Assembly (NCBI GenBank): GCA_043228905.1 | Contig: JBHGNT010000004.1 | Location: forward strand, 21,762,001-21,826,000 | Direction: 5' to 3' | DNA from: Azolla caroliniana | Lineage: Eukaryota > Plantae > Polypodiophyta | Length of the DNA stretch: 64,000 bases | Part shown: piece after piece, positions 22,901 through 35,095 of the stretch | Layout: every line of letters starts with the position of its first letter | Numbering within the stretch: position 1 is the stretch's first letter | Made by a program: the position numbers and the translations under genes | The notes under the pieces: generated by a model | Told to the model about the DNA's origin: nothing | The model's input: only the letters and a program-made list of their open reading frames with translations | The model's database searches: none

Positions 22901-25106
22901 ATGTTTCTCTCCTTCAGAAATGGGTGCCAATGTTGCTTGCCGAATTGGCATGTTGCACATATGCCTTCAATCTCTTTCTCTTTGAAGGTCAGGAGTCCGA
23001 TGACGACTCCTTTCAATTGCATTGCCTTGAGCTTTTGGAGGTTGATGTGGCAAATCCGCTTATGCCACAACTCTATGTCGGTGTCGGCTTTCGTGCATTT
23101 TGCAAACATGGCCGATTTCATCTCATGCGAGTCGAGAATGAACATTCGGCCCTCTCTTCGTCCACGAGCGATGAGTCGACCCTCTTTTTCGATGAAGCAA
23201 CCGCCTTGATTAAATCGAACTTGCATCCCCTGCTCAACAATTTGGCCGACGGAGACCAAATTTTTCGTAATGGTTGGTACATGTAAGACATTCTTAATAT
23301 AAGTTTGCTTACCTTCTTTTCCGAATGGAACATTGCTGATGTGTCGAATCGGATGAGTAGTGTCGTCTTCGGTTTTGACATACCCGGGTCGGTCCGGCTC
23401 TCGAAGTTCTTGGAACCATTCTTGATGAGATGTCATATGGTTCGAGGCACCGGAGTCGACGAACCATACATCTTCTGACCTAGATGTGCTATTCGAAGTA
23501 GAAGTTGACATAGAATTTGCTCTATGTCTCATCATGAACATTCCACCATGATCGTCATAGTCGGAGTTGGTGGCGTAATTGGTGAGATGTCGGCGTCTCC
23601 GGTTTTGACATAGCCGGGTTGGTCCGGCTCTCGAAGTTCTCGAAACCATTCTTGATGAGACGTCATATAGTTCAAGGCACCGGAGTCGACGAACCATACA
23701 TCTTTCGAACTAGATGCGCTATTCGAAATAGAGGCCGACATAGAATTTTCTCTATGTCTCATCACAAACATTCCGCCATCATTGATCGTCATAGTCAGAG
23801 TTGGTGGCGTAATTGGTGAGTTGTCGGCTAGTGGAAGCCGACTCGCGCATCTTCTTTCAGCACTCTTCTTCATGGTGGCCGATTTTGCCGCAATATCCGC
23901 ATTCAATTGAGATTTGTCGGCTCGGACCAGAATGGAAGCTCCCCCTTCTTCTGAAGGTTCCTCGATGACTTCCGTCTTATTGCCGAAATTGGGAGTTATT
24001 TTTGTATATCGGACCTCGTCCTTGGCCGAATTGGCCTCTTCTTGCATGGCCACGTCCTCTGCCTCCATCCAAGTGTGAGTAAAGCATGTGGCCTTCCGAG
24101 AAGTTGCACCTTGTTCAAACATGGTTTTCTTCTACCAACAACATGGATTGAAGACTGAAGAAAGAGAGTGGATTCTCTCGTGCTAGTACGGCGGTCCTCA
24201 TTGCGCCGAACCGTGGTGCAAGGCCATCAGGCCATATTTGCACCATCTCATCATCGTCCACATTGACGCTTATTGAGCCGAGTGAGTCACAAAAATCCTA
24301 GATCTTCAAGGTGTAGCTTGTGATGGACATATCCCTTTGTTGGATGTTCTCCAACTCTTCGCGTAGTTGAAGCTTTCTCGCGGTTGTGTTGGCGGCGAAA
24401 ATCTTTTATAGATTCTCCCATGCTTCCTTCAGTGTCTCGGCTTCTCGAATGTAGCCGAGCATGTGGTCGTGAACACATGTCGCAAAGCAATACATACTCG
24501 ACTCGCCGCTTGCTCCCATGTTGAGTAGTCGGCGTCCTTCGGGTCGGGTCGATTTTCTTGTGCTCCTTTGATGTAGCTCTAGTATCCTTGACCGACATGG
24601 GATTGGTGCATCTTGTACTCCCAACACACCAAGATGCAAAGTTGTTTCGATTCAACTTCTTCTCTCTAGGGAGAGCGCTCCCCATTTGAGTATTCATTGT
24701 CGATGAAGCTTTCTTTCTTCTTTTCCTTCTCTCTCGAACACGAGCTATGTAGTCACACTACGATAGCGATGAACCAGTTCCTCTCGAACGTTGGCATAGA
24801 GCAGAACACACACGGATGGGCTAGATCGAGCTACCAAACCGCACTGATACCATGTAAAGAATCGGATACGATTCTTGTGCAGCAGAAGAGATGTGGGTTA
24901 TGTGTATGTGTGAGAGGAAAGACAGAAGCGAAGAGAAAACACAATATGGATTAGATAGAGTGGAAAATAGAATACTCAAGAAGAAAGTGTATATTCACAA
25001 GGAGAATAGGAGATACAAAATGTAGCATTACAAGGAGTCACAACCGACACTATATGAAGTAGGAGAATGGTGCTTTATATAAGGTCACCCTCTCTCTTCA
25101 TTAACT
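19965..25106 (-). mobile_element. near-full-length Ty1/copia retrotransposon (gag-PR-INT-RT-RH, degenerate)
   Basis: 3' LTR 19965-20419, PPT 20420-20433, PBS TGGTATCAGTGC 24841-24852, truncated 5' LTR 24853-25106. Motifs WFVDSGAS, LWHKR..HSDVWG (integrase), HQMDVKNA and LYVDDL (RT), KHIEVHYHF. Confidence 0.95.
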
Positions 25107-25559
25107 ATAACTTATAAGTTATATTAATAAATGCCTTTAAAAAACGTTATTTACACTAGGTTGTGGAACATGTTGAATGAATTGCCAATAGAGGAAAGCA
25201 TTTCCACTTGTTCCAGTAAAGAAAATAATTGGCACATTAGAACTCCCTTGAACTTTCACAAATCTATGCGTTCACTCCGTGCCTCGAGTCAAATACAAAA
25301 AAAAGCATTGCGTATATCCTGATTATGATGCAATCCCCAATACTTCAAAAATAGAAAAATGATCTCCATCTCTTTTATTTTGGGTCAACCTATGTAAATT
25401 GTGCAAACACCCATCCACTATCTAGGAGTCAAATTAACACCGTCATAAAACTTGCCAACTTTGAGAAATGTAACTCCAAATCTAACAAGCAATCAGACAT
25501 TGTATAAAACGATGAGTGTGGTCTTCCATTTGAACATGGCAAAAGAAGTAATTGCTCAT

Positions 25560-26053
25560 TGTCATGAAGGATTCCTACCACCGAGAGAAAAAGGGGGTTG
25601 GACGCTTATGAACGGGGATTTCCGCACGAGAAGGAGAACCAGTAGGTTGAGCATGTGAACAGGGGTGTGCGAATGTGCATAAATCAAAGCCTTTGCATAA
25701 AACCTTGTAAATAACATAGGACTAATAAGTACTAGACATAGTGACTTGAATGGGCACTTTAAATATCCCACAAAAAGAGAGGAATAAAGTGTGTGTGATG
25801 GGAGAAAATCGTGGGGAAAGATCTCTGACAAAAACGGTTGTCTTTATGACCATGTAATGGCCTCTCCTTGAGCTATAAAAGGAGAGGACTGAGAGAGAGA
25901 AAAGGTATCCATCGTTTTGGAGAACGAAGTGCTATCGGTTTGAGATCTAGATCTCTATCGTTCCCTCTGTTTTCGCTCTATACTGATTTGGGGAAGAAGG
26001 TGAGGCCTCTGCTCGCGTAGGAAGCTCATGTGCTCCCTACCAGAGCCTCATCA

Positions 26054-26093
<40 letters not shown>

Positions 26094-26455
26094 AGCTCGA
26101 AGCTCTACTTTGCGGCCGCGTCCGGATTGTAACTCTCTCTCTATTTAGAGATTAATCAAATATATTTGTTGTTTCTTTTCTGAAGTTTCCTGTGTCTCTT
26201 GAGTTTGGTCTAGTTTTATCTTTGTCCCTCACATCCATGTGTGCATACATGAGTGCGCTAGCCCGTGGGCTCGTTGTCCGTTATCCGGCGATAGTTCCGG
26301 AACAGTGTGCACATCCGAGCCAGTGTGTTAGGACCGCGCTCTGACGACGTTATCTGGAAACCTATCCAAATAATCTCTCTTCCCTTACCGGCTCCTTGGT
26401 CCAAGACCCCGATGGTCCCGCTCGTTTCAACACGTACTCGCGGATAACCGTGACA
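25560..26455 (+). mobile_element. putative gypsy solo LTR
   Basis: TGTCATGAAGGAT start shared with LTR 56870, ends GTGACA, contains TATAAAAGGAG and (TG)n. The flanks TCAT/TCGC match only imperfectly. Confidence 0.55.
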
Positions 26456-27865
26456 TCGCATTAACAATCAAACTCAACTTCCCTAGTGTGTGAACACACC
26501 TTAGGAATAGCCAAGTGTGTGAACATCCCACCGCTTTATATCATAACTAATGTGTCATAGAAGTTAAGTCCTATTACACATAATTACTAGGTAGTTAAGT
26601 CTCCACCTCCTTCCCAAGAGGTGGTTGTAGTGAGAGAATATAGAGAGAAGGTGACTACATAACACACACACACACACCTCTTCCGTAGTATAGAGTCACA
26701 CCCAATTCTTTATAGGGTATCCGAGCGATTGGTAGCTTGATCCAAGCCTATCCACGTGGGTTGTGCTTACGTCGACATTCACGAAGAACCAATTGATCAT
26801 TGTAGCAGCAACCCTGCACATTTCGTATCACAGAGAAGAAGATGTCACAAATCGGCCATCATGAACACTCAGATGGGTAGCTCTGTCACCAGTGAAAAGC
26901 TTAACAGAAATGACTTTGCATCTTGGGGATACAATATGTACCAATACCTTGTCGGCCAAGGTTATTGGAGTTATATCAAGGGAGCACAAGAAACGCAACT
27001 AAACCCAACATACATCGACTACCCTGCATGGGGGCAAGCGTCAAATCGTGTGTTGTACTACCTTGCATCATGCATTCATGATCACATGCTTGACTACATC
27101 CAAGAGGCCAAAACGCCGAAGGAGGCATGAGGGAACCTTAAAAACATATTTGCAGCCAACACAACCACACAAAAACTTCAACTTCGTCAAGAGTTGAACA
27201 ATATCCAACATAGGGATATGTTAATCGGTAGCTACACCTTGAAGATCAAGGAGTTGTGCGATTCCCTCAAGTCTATCAATGTCAACATTGACGATGATGA
27301 AATGGTGCAAATATGCCTCGGTGGCCTAGCACCTCGATTTAGCGCAATAGGGTCAGCCGTCCTCACAAGGGAGAATCCTCCCTCCTTCGATCTCTAGTGG
27401 ATGCTACTAGTCGAAGAAAATCACGTCCGAACAAGGGGCAATGTACAAGGACACATGCTCTATTCGAACTCGAATGGAGGGAGGGGACACGGTCGTGGAA
27501 GAAGAGGTTGACACAACCAAGAACAACCCCATGAATACGACTTCTACTATCGACAAGATGTCGCAAACACGCGAGAAAGAGCATCTGGAAGAAGGGAAGG
27601 AAATCATGTTGGACCAAGCCGACAAAACAACATCGTCTAGTGCGGATATTGTGGCAAATTCGGCCACTATGAGGTAGAGTGTCAAAAGAAGAAAAGTGAG
27701 TCGCCTTTCACAAACCAACAATCTATCAACTTCGCCTCAAATTCTGACTACAACGATCGCGGCGGAATGTTCGTGATGGGGCATAGAGCAAATTCTATGA
27801 CGGCTTCCAGCCCAACCAATACGTCCAACACAGAAGACGTATGGTTTGTCGACTCGGGTGCCTCG

Positions 27866-28226
27866 TGTTGTATTCAACCGTTAGGTGCAGAACAAACCCA
27901 ACACTCTTTGAGATGAAGATCCTCAGAGAATACAAAGAAATAGATTTAGAACACAAGACAACTGAATCATGAAACAATATCAACAATGGAACAAAGAGAA
28001 GAGAGACAGCAAGGTAGGCACAAGAGTATGTAACTTGTATTATTCTCTCAGAAAGTTGCAATAATGCATAGTATAAAGTGAACAACCTTAACATAGGTTA
28101 CAAAAGTCAGTTTAAATACTAGTTGACTTACGGCAACTTCCCTTTTCACTATTTACAGAAATAGCCTAAACCTAGGGCGTCCAATGGGACAATGTGAATA
28201 CGTCCATTATACACCCGTATTCGACA
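27866..28226. mobile_element. solo LTR (361 bp), 5-bp TSD CCTCG
   Basis: TGTTG...CGACA termini. CCTCG at 27861-27865 and 28227-28231. Removal restores DSGASNHM. Confidence 0.9.
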
Positions 28227-28244
28227 CCTCGAACCATATGACGT

Positions 28245-28400
28245 TGTCGCGCAAATCCGCACCTACGAGTCAATCGAATGGGACCACCGAGGTCTTTGAC
28301 CAAGGAGGATGGATCGGGTGACTTGTGCTTGTAAGGAACCGATCGTTGTTTAGGTTTACAATCGGGTCATTCTTGTTGTCGAAGATGCCTGTGTGGGTTG

Positions 28401-28435
<35 letters not shown>

Positions 28436-29219
28436 TTACCGCACCATAAAGATGTCATGAAGCACGTGACACATGTGCCAAACGTTGCGATGTGTGCGTT
28501 ACACGTGCGTAGACAAGCACCGGCCTCTATCCGCAAGTGGTGATGGAGAATCAAAAGGATCATTCAAGACAATGGAACGGCGGAAGGACTAGTGCATGGG
28601 AGAAGTATTAAAGATAGATTAATAGATAGATACGGACGGGAATCCCAATTCCTAGTTTGAACTTTTGACTTCAACGTTGAGATACAAGACACATTGCCAA
28701 TAAGATAACTAATCTTTATTAATTATTATTGAATGCATACCTTCCTTGATTTTCTTTCCCTTCCTCTCCTTCTTATATAGATGCCCCCATGCATATGTGC
28801 ATGTGAGGGTGTAGTACATGCATACAATGCATGAAATGCATGATTGTCATTTGGCGCTCATGCATCACATGCAATGCATGATGACCATGTACCTCATCCA
28901 AGCTCTCATGTAGTAGTAGTTCGTGTGAAAAGTACAATGAAGAAAATAAATTTTAAAGGAAATAACCTAGTCTAATGGTATGTCAATTGCCTCCTATCTT
29001 AGAGGTGTAAGGTTCAAACCCTTACTTGCTCCTCATTGTATGTGTTAGGTTTATTTTATATATTTGTGTAATGAACACCTAAACACACATTACATGTGCA
29101 CATTCATGTCTTAACATACACATCGAACCATCACTCCTTTCATACGTGTGCATATTGCATCTTCTCCATTTCCCTCGTTCCACGCGATTTCCACACTGTT
29201 GCCAAAAATCTTCATGACA
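28245..29219 (-). mobile_element. gypsy solo LTR (975 bp), 4-bp TSD ACGT, related to LTRs 56870-57607 and 59709-60428
   Basis: TG...CA termini. ACGT at 28241-28244 and 29220-29223. The reverse complement starts TGTCATGAAG and shares the ATGCAT-rich/TATA block with 57060-57320. Removal restores MTSHQEW. Confidence 0.88.
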
Positions 29220-31154
29220 ACGTCTCACCAAGAATGGTTTCGAGACCTGAGAGAACCCAAACAACCCGGCTATGTGGAAACAGGGTATGACACAATTCAC
29301 CCCATTCAGAATGTCGACAATGTCCCATTCAACAAAGAGGGCAACTAGACCTACATCAAGAATGGTTTGCATGTCCCAACAATAATGAAGAATCTGGTCT
29401 CGGTCAACCAGATCGTGGAGCAAAGCATGCAAGTCTGGTTCAAACATGGAGGTTGCTTCATTGAAAAGGCCGAATTATCGCTCGTGAGTCATGGTCGAAG
29501 GGAAGGTCAAATTTTCATCCTCGAGCCGAACGAGGTAAAATCGACAATGTTTGCCAAGGGCCATAAAGCCGACGCCAACATAGAGCTATGGCATAAAAGG
29601 ATCGGCCACATCAATCTCCAGAAGCTCAAAGACATGCAGTCGAAAGGAGTCGACATCGGACTCCTGTTACAAAAAAGGTGTATGTGAAGCTTGCCAATTC
29701 GGCAAACAAGATTGGGAATTGTTCTCGAAAGAGAGGAATGTGTGCAAAGGCCTACTAGACATAGTCCACTCTAACGTGTAGGGACCGGCTCAAATGGCCA
29801 CATTCGATGGATACGGATACTACTTCACCTTCGTCGACAACTTCTCCAGGCACACTTGGATTTATCCGATGCAGGAAAGGAGTGAAGTGTTCTCACACTT
29901 TCAGAAATTTAAAAAGGAAGTCAAAAAGGCAACCAATCGACATGTATTGTGCCTTCGATTAGACGGAGGCAAAGAGTACTTCTCCGACACCTTCATAGCA
30001 TACCTTCGACAAGAAGGAATTCAGCATGAGTTCTCTTGTCGACACACACCTCAACAGAACGTAGTAGTTGAATGAAAGAATCAGACTAAAGAATTAGTAC
30101 ATATTAGAGGTAGCAAGGGCAATGATGAAGGAGAAGAACTTGCCAAAGTCGTACTGGGCAAAAACAACCATAATGGCCGTCTATCTAATGAATCGGTGCA
30201 CAACATCGGGAGTGCACGATGTCACACCCCACGATAGGTTTTTTGGGAAGAAGTCGAATTTATGCCACATCAAGATATTCAGTTCAATTGGATATGTACA
30301 TATTCCCAACAAGAAGCGATAAAAGCTTGATCCCAAGTCAGAGAAATGCTACCTCGTAGGGTAGTCACTCGAAAAAAAGGAGTACAAATGTTATAATCCA
30401 TCTACCCGAAAAGTTCGAGTAAGTCGTGACGTCATTTTCGATGAGTCAACATTGTTTTACGAACCAAAGATGATTCCGACACCAATCCCATTCAACCCAA
30501 ATTCGGCTGAACAAGAGATAGAAGATGACGATCAACCATGGCATATAACAAAACAAAACCCAATTGCGACTAGGCTCAATGGGCCACAAGAGCCTCCGAG
30601 CGACCAAAGCACGTCTTGGCCAAGTTCGAAGATGGACAAAGGGAAGGCCAAGATGCTAGAGTACAAAGATCCGAACAATAACGAATTGACTCACTCACTC
30701 GATAGTGAGTTCAAATGCCATGATACTCCTATCATGAGGACACCTTGAGTGAAGAATGCGTTCACAACAGCAGATGAGAAACTTCAAGGCTCTACCTGCG
30801 AAAAGAATGTAGCCAGTCGGTTTGGCTACAACAACTACATGGCATATCACTATGCCTTTATAATGAAGGTGGAGTCTGTTCTGAAGCTGCTAAGGACCCG
30901 CGATGGGTCGAAGCGATGAATGAGGAGATGCAAGCACTCTCCAAGAATGAGACATGGGTTCTCGTCCCCTCATCACCCCACCAGAAAACAATCGATTGTT
31001 GGTGGATATACAAGGTGAAGCATAATGTTGACGACACCATCAATCGGTATAAGGCCGACAATTCCCTGTTCGTTTGGAGCGACTCCAGAGGACAACTGTT
31101 TATCATAATATATGTGGACAACTTGGTCATTGGAGGACCTTGCTTGATAAGGCT

Positions 31155-31612
31155 TGTTGCGATATCAAGCTCAATTAAGTTTAGTCATTTAGTCAACCAC
31201 GTAACTTAGTAGTTACCTAGATAGAATCTTGTAAGTTAGTGTGTTGACCTTAAAGCCTTAAATAGGACCTTGTACTTAAGTGGAATACATTCTAAATCCT
31301 CCACTCCCAAGTACATTTAACATAAAACTTACACCTTTGTACCTATATTCTCCTCACACATTTGCACCCTTGCACATAAGAGCTATATATACCTCATTGT
31401 GGGTATTTTTGTATTAGATGATGCTTATTAATATAGAGAAAGGTCTTTAGCTACACTCTTGTTAATCATCCCCCATTTATCTTATTGTTCACGAGTGGAA
31501 CTTCCTCTCTGTCTTCCTCTCACACACATACACACACATATCACATAATCTTTTGTTGCTTAATCACATACGTGATTAACTACTCACATAGTTAAATACC
31601 TAATTATTAACG
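31155..31612 (+). mobile_element. copia solo LTR of the family at 65-641
   Basis: Colinear with 65-641. Flanks AGGCT/ATGCT form a 1-mismatch TSD. No PBS follows. Confidence 0.8.
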
Positions 31613-31627
31613 ATGCTTATACAAGGC

Positions 31628-33087
31628 TAATTATTAACTTCATGAAATCATTTCGGATGCTACCTGGCCTTCGTCATCCAATCGACCGGCTGATATCAGA
31701 TTCAATCTTACTTCCGAAACGTGTCGAACATCACTCAACACTAGGCTGCACCTGGTTGATGTCATTAAACACACATCTCCTATGCCAGCAATTCGGCATG
31801 CACCTTCATTTCCCATTTTTACGAGACCGTGGTCTCCGCCCTTGTATGATGAGAAGCACTTTCAGTCGGAGGTTAGGTGAAACAACACACCCGAATCAAC
31901 CACCCATGTCGATTCTTCGCCAGCGAGATTGACCTCATTTTGTTCACTAATGAACAACAACTCCTCTTCATTCACAACGATTACTGAGGTGTTCTTTCTG
32001 TCCGATATTTTCTTCGGCTCTACACCATCAGCTCCCCCTTTCTCCTTTTCAAAGTGTCGGCAATTCTTTTGGAAATGCCCCGGCTTCCCACAATAGAAGC
32101 ATGTGGGCCTTCCCCTCGACTTCGACCTTGTCCCCGACTTATCTTGATTTTGGGTACTTTGATTTTGGCATCTTCCTCGATTCTTGTCACTTTTCATGAC
32201 AAGGACCTTAGGGTTGGTATTGAACTCTCGGTCCTTCCGGCTAGCTTCTTCATTAAATAAGCTTGACTTCACCTGCTCTAGGGATAAGTGTTTCCCTTGC
32301 AGTCCCGCGTTGCCTAATGTGATAACCAGTGTTTCCCAATTGTCCGGAAGGGATCCCAACAACAACATTGTTAATACCTCGTCGACAAGAAGTACTTCTA
32401 GAGAGGTGGTTTGATTCATCAATCCGTGGAAGGCATTAATGTGCTCCGCCATGCTGGAGCCATCTTGATACTGGAGTCTCACGATTTTCTGGAAAATTGA
32501 GACTCTATTCACGGCATTCTTGTTTTCAAACATCACATTAATCTTCTTCTAGAGAACGTTGGCACTCGTCTCTTCATCAAAGTTGTTGTATAGACTCATG
32601 TCTATAAAACACCTTATGTATGTTGCCGCCTTCAGATGCATGACTTCCCAAGTTGATGCATCGATCTTGTTTGGCCTTTTATCTCCGAATTGCACTGGCA
32701 ACCAGAGATCTTTGCACACGAGCATGTCCTGCATCTTCGACTTCCACACTGAGTAGTTGGAGCCAGTTAAGTTGAACATGCCGTTGAATGAGTCTTCCAT
32801 CACTCTAATACCACTTTGTTAGAATCGACCGGCCACAACCAGTTTTACATTCGTATTCGGGTGCAAAGAATCGGTATAGACAATACACAGACAAATAAAC
32901 GAGGAAACAGAATAACGAAGAAACACAAAGACACAGAGTTTGACGTGGAAAACCCGAAAGGGAAAAACCACGGGGGTTCACAAACCCCAAGAAACAGATC
33001 ACTATGATAAAGGAGAAGTACAAATAAGAAACTCGGAAGCAACGACCTCGAGTTCTCCTTCGTCTGACAGACGACTACAAAGTTACA

Positions 33088-33151
<64 letters not shown>

Positions 33152-33350
33152 CACAATTACAGAGGCAACTACCTCATTCTAACTTTACAACAATGATCAA
33201 CTACACTTTCATAAAGTTTGCCCTAGTTGCTTATATACTAAAACAACTTTCAGGCTATTTATAAATATAGCCCAAAAGGGGCACATTCAGACTATTTACA
33301 ATTATAGTCTTCCGAATTGACTATTGAATCGATTTCGATCTTCGGCCGAA
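31628..33350 (-). mobile_element. Tork/Tto1-like copia 5' part (LTR, PBS, gag, protease)
   Basis: PBS TGGTATTAGAGT 32802-32813. gag MEDSFNGMFNLTGSNYSVWKSKMQDML, LLLGSLPDNW, CFYCGKPGHFQKNC, protease WVVDSG. LTR from 32817 contains (CT)n; its distal end is uncertain. Confidence 0.85.
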
Positions 33351-33406
33351 ATACTCATTCACTCCATCCGATTTAGTTGCTTCTCTTCCCATCCAGAGGG
33401 ACCTGT

Positions 33407-33736
33407 TTACCAACAAGAAGGATCAATAAACTCCAAATGGTAACATCCTTTGCCCATGAATTGGATGTCCACAACATTGTTAATTTCTTTTAGGAAGTTC
33501 GCATACAACATATGATGCAATTCAAACCTATTTGGCCTTGATCCTTCCATACGCGCCACTAGAGAGACCGTCTTCGGCCGTTGTATTTCTGTCAACACTC
33601 AAATCCTATCTTGATTTGACAAGGAGAGTGAGGCGAACCTACTTGAAATATGGGGAGAGGTGATAGGCGAATAGAGGGGAGTTGCACTGGAACCCCCTTT
33701 GTGCGTCGAATAAGGTGCCACTCGTCGCTTTGCCAT
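33407..33736 (-). pseudogene. possible LINE ORF1 (DUF4283-like) fragment
   Basis: SLVARMEGSRP..VVDIQFMGKGCYHLEF resembles the plant L1 ORF1 N-terminal pattern. Short and frameshifted. Confidence 0.35.
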
Positions 33737-34899
33737 TGTTATTCTTCCTCTTCACTCCCCAATGCAACACTACCAATTGTAGCCTTCATCTAATGAAATA
33801 AATGTGGAAACAGAATAGTAGCCCTTAACTAATGAAATAGATGTTGAAATAGAGAATCAACAACTTGTACTCATTGATGTAGATTACTTGGTATACAATG
33901 TGCATAGAGTAAAAAAATACTTAGAATATGTATTCTATAGATAAAATATGTTAAATACGTAGAATATGTGTAGGATATGTTAAATAAGTAGAATCTTCTT
34001 CTTTTTTCTTTTTTGTCCAAAAAAAAACTCCTTCCATTAGTTATATAAATCCCAATAGGGACAAGAAGTTTCATCTTATGTGGATGCCCATTGACTCAAG
34101 AAAGGGAGACTCAGGATGACCATTGTTGGATGAAGGCTAATGGTTGTCTTTTAACTCTTTAGAGTGGCTACCACTTCACTCCATATCTCCTGAAATAACA
34201 TTTCTTGATGCACGGTTTGATTGGAAAAGACTTATCTGCACCGTTGTTTCTAGAGAATACAAAGAGTTATTGGGTAGACCAATTCTAACACAACTTAAAT
34301 ACTTCTTAAATTTTAAGTTTTTTAAGAATAATAATTTTTAACTTTTTTTGGCTTTTTGGAAATGTTAAATACTTGTAGAATGCTAAATTATGTGAAATAC
34401 TATAAAATGGCAGCTCTAAAATGTAGTTTAAGTGTAGAATACTTCAGTGTATTCTAGACATAGAATACACATTTTTTAACAACTGTGAGTGAACTTCAAT
34501 TGGATGAAGACGATAGCCTTATCCACAATTTTGACTTAACAATGACCAACCATGTAAGGAAACAAACAATCTCATGAAGGACAAGATCCCTAGAATCGAG
34601 AATGTTATTGTTTTTTATTTTAGTGCTCACTCAATGCAACAAAAAAGAAGGGTCTTTCCTTGGACAAGTATAATGCACTTGTTGAGAATGGAGAAGAGAA
34701 TGAAACAAAATTATTGTTGTGGTTTAGAATGGAATGCATCAATATTAGAATAGTACGTGATCCGTAAATCAAAACTTGTGTGTCTACTATTTTAATAGAG
34801 GCCAACATGTAGTACTTGTGATTTTGACCGCAAATATGCACATACTTTTGAGATCAATCAAGTATGTATGATCCATTAAATGTTGCATGTGCCATGAAG

Positions 34900-35095
34900 T
34901 AACTCAAGATGTTACCGTGAGTACTAAAAAGAACTAGGTGTGGAGAGTCGAGACTAATGGTGCTATGATTTGTGCTATTATTATAATTTTGAGCGAACTC
35001 ATTAGAATGTAAATAAATAACAAGTATTCATGTTGCAAAGTACAAGAAGAGATCACAAGTTGTTTTTGGTTTGCTCAAAAGGAAGCCATAGTGAT
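34900..35095 (+). mobile_element. possible PIF/Harbinger transposase remnant
   Basis: YNFE..TH and VVFGLLKRK resemble the N..H...E..FG.LK.RW motif. Highly degenerate. Confidence 0.25.

Larger units (their letters stand above)
26470..31140 (+). mobile_element. Ty1/copia retrotransposon relic with two nested solo LTRs
   Basis: Degenerate PBS GGGTATCCGAGC near 26715. gag MNTQMGS from 26861. Protease VWFVDSGAS/NHMT/SHQEW is split by the insertions. Integrase (LWHKRIGH, HTPQQN) and a truncated RT (IYVDNL) follow. Confidence 0.9.

Noticed and set aside
65-31612. LTRs 65-641 and 31155-31612 as the two ends of one 31-kb element
   Set aside because: The outer flanks (GCCTT vs ATGCT) do not match, the second LTR has its own near-TSD and no PPT, and an intact host-type gene lies between them.
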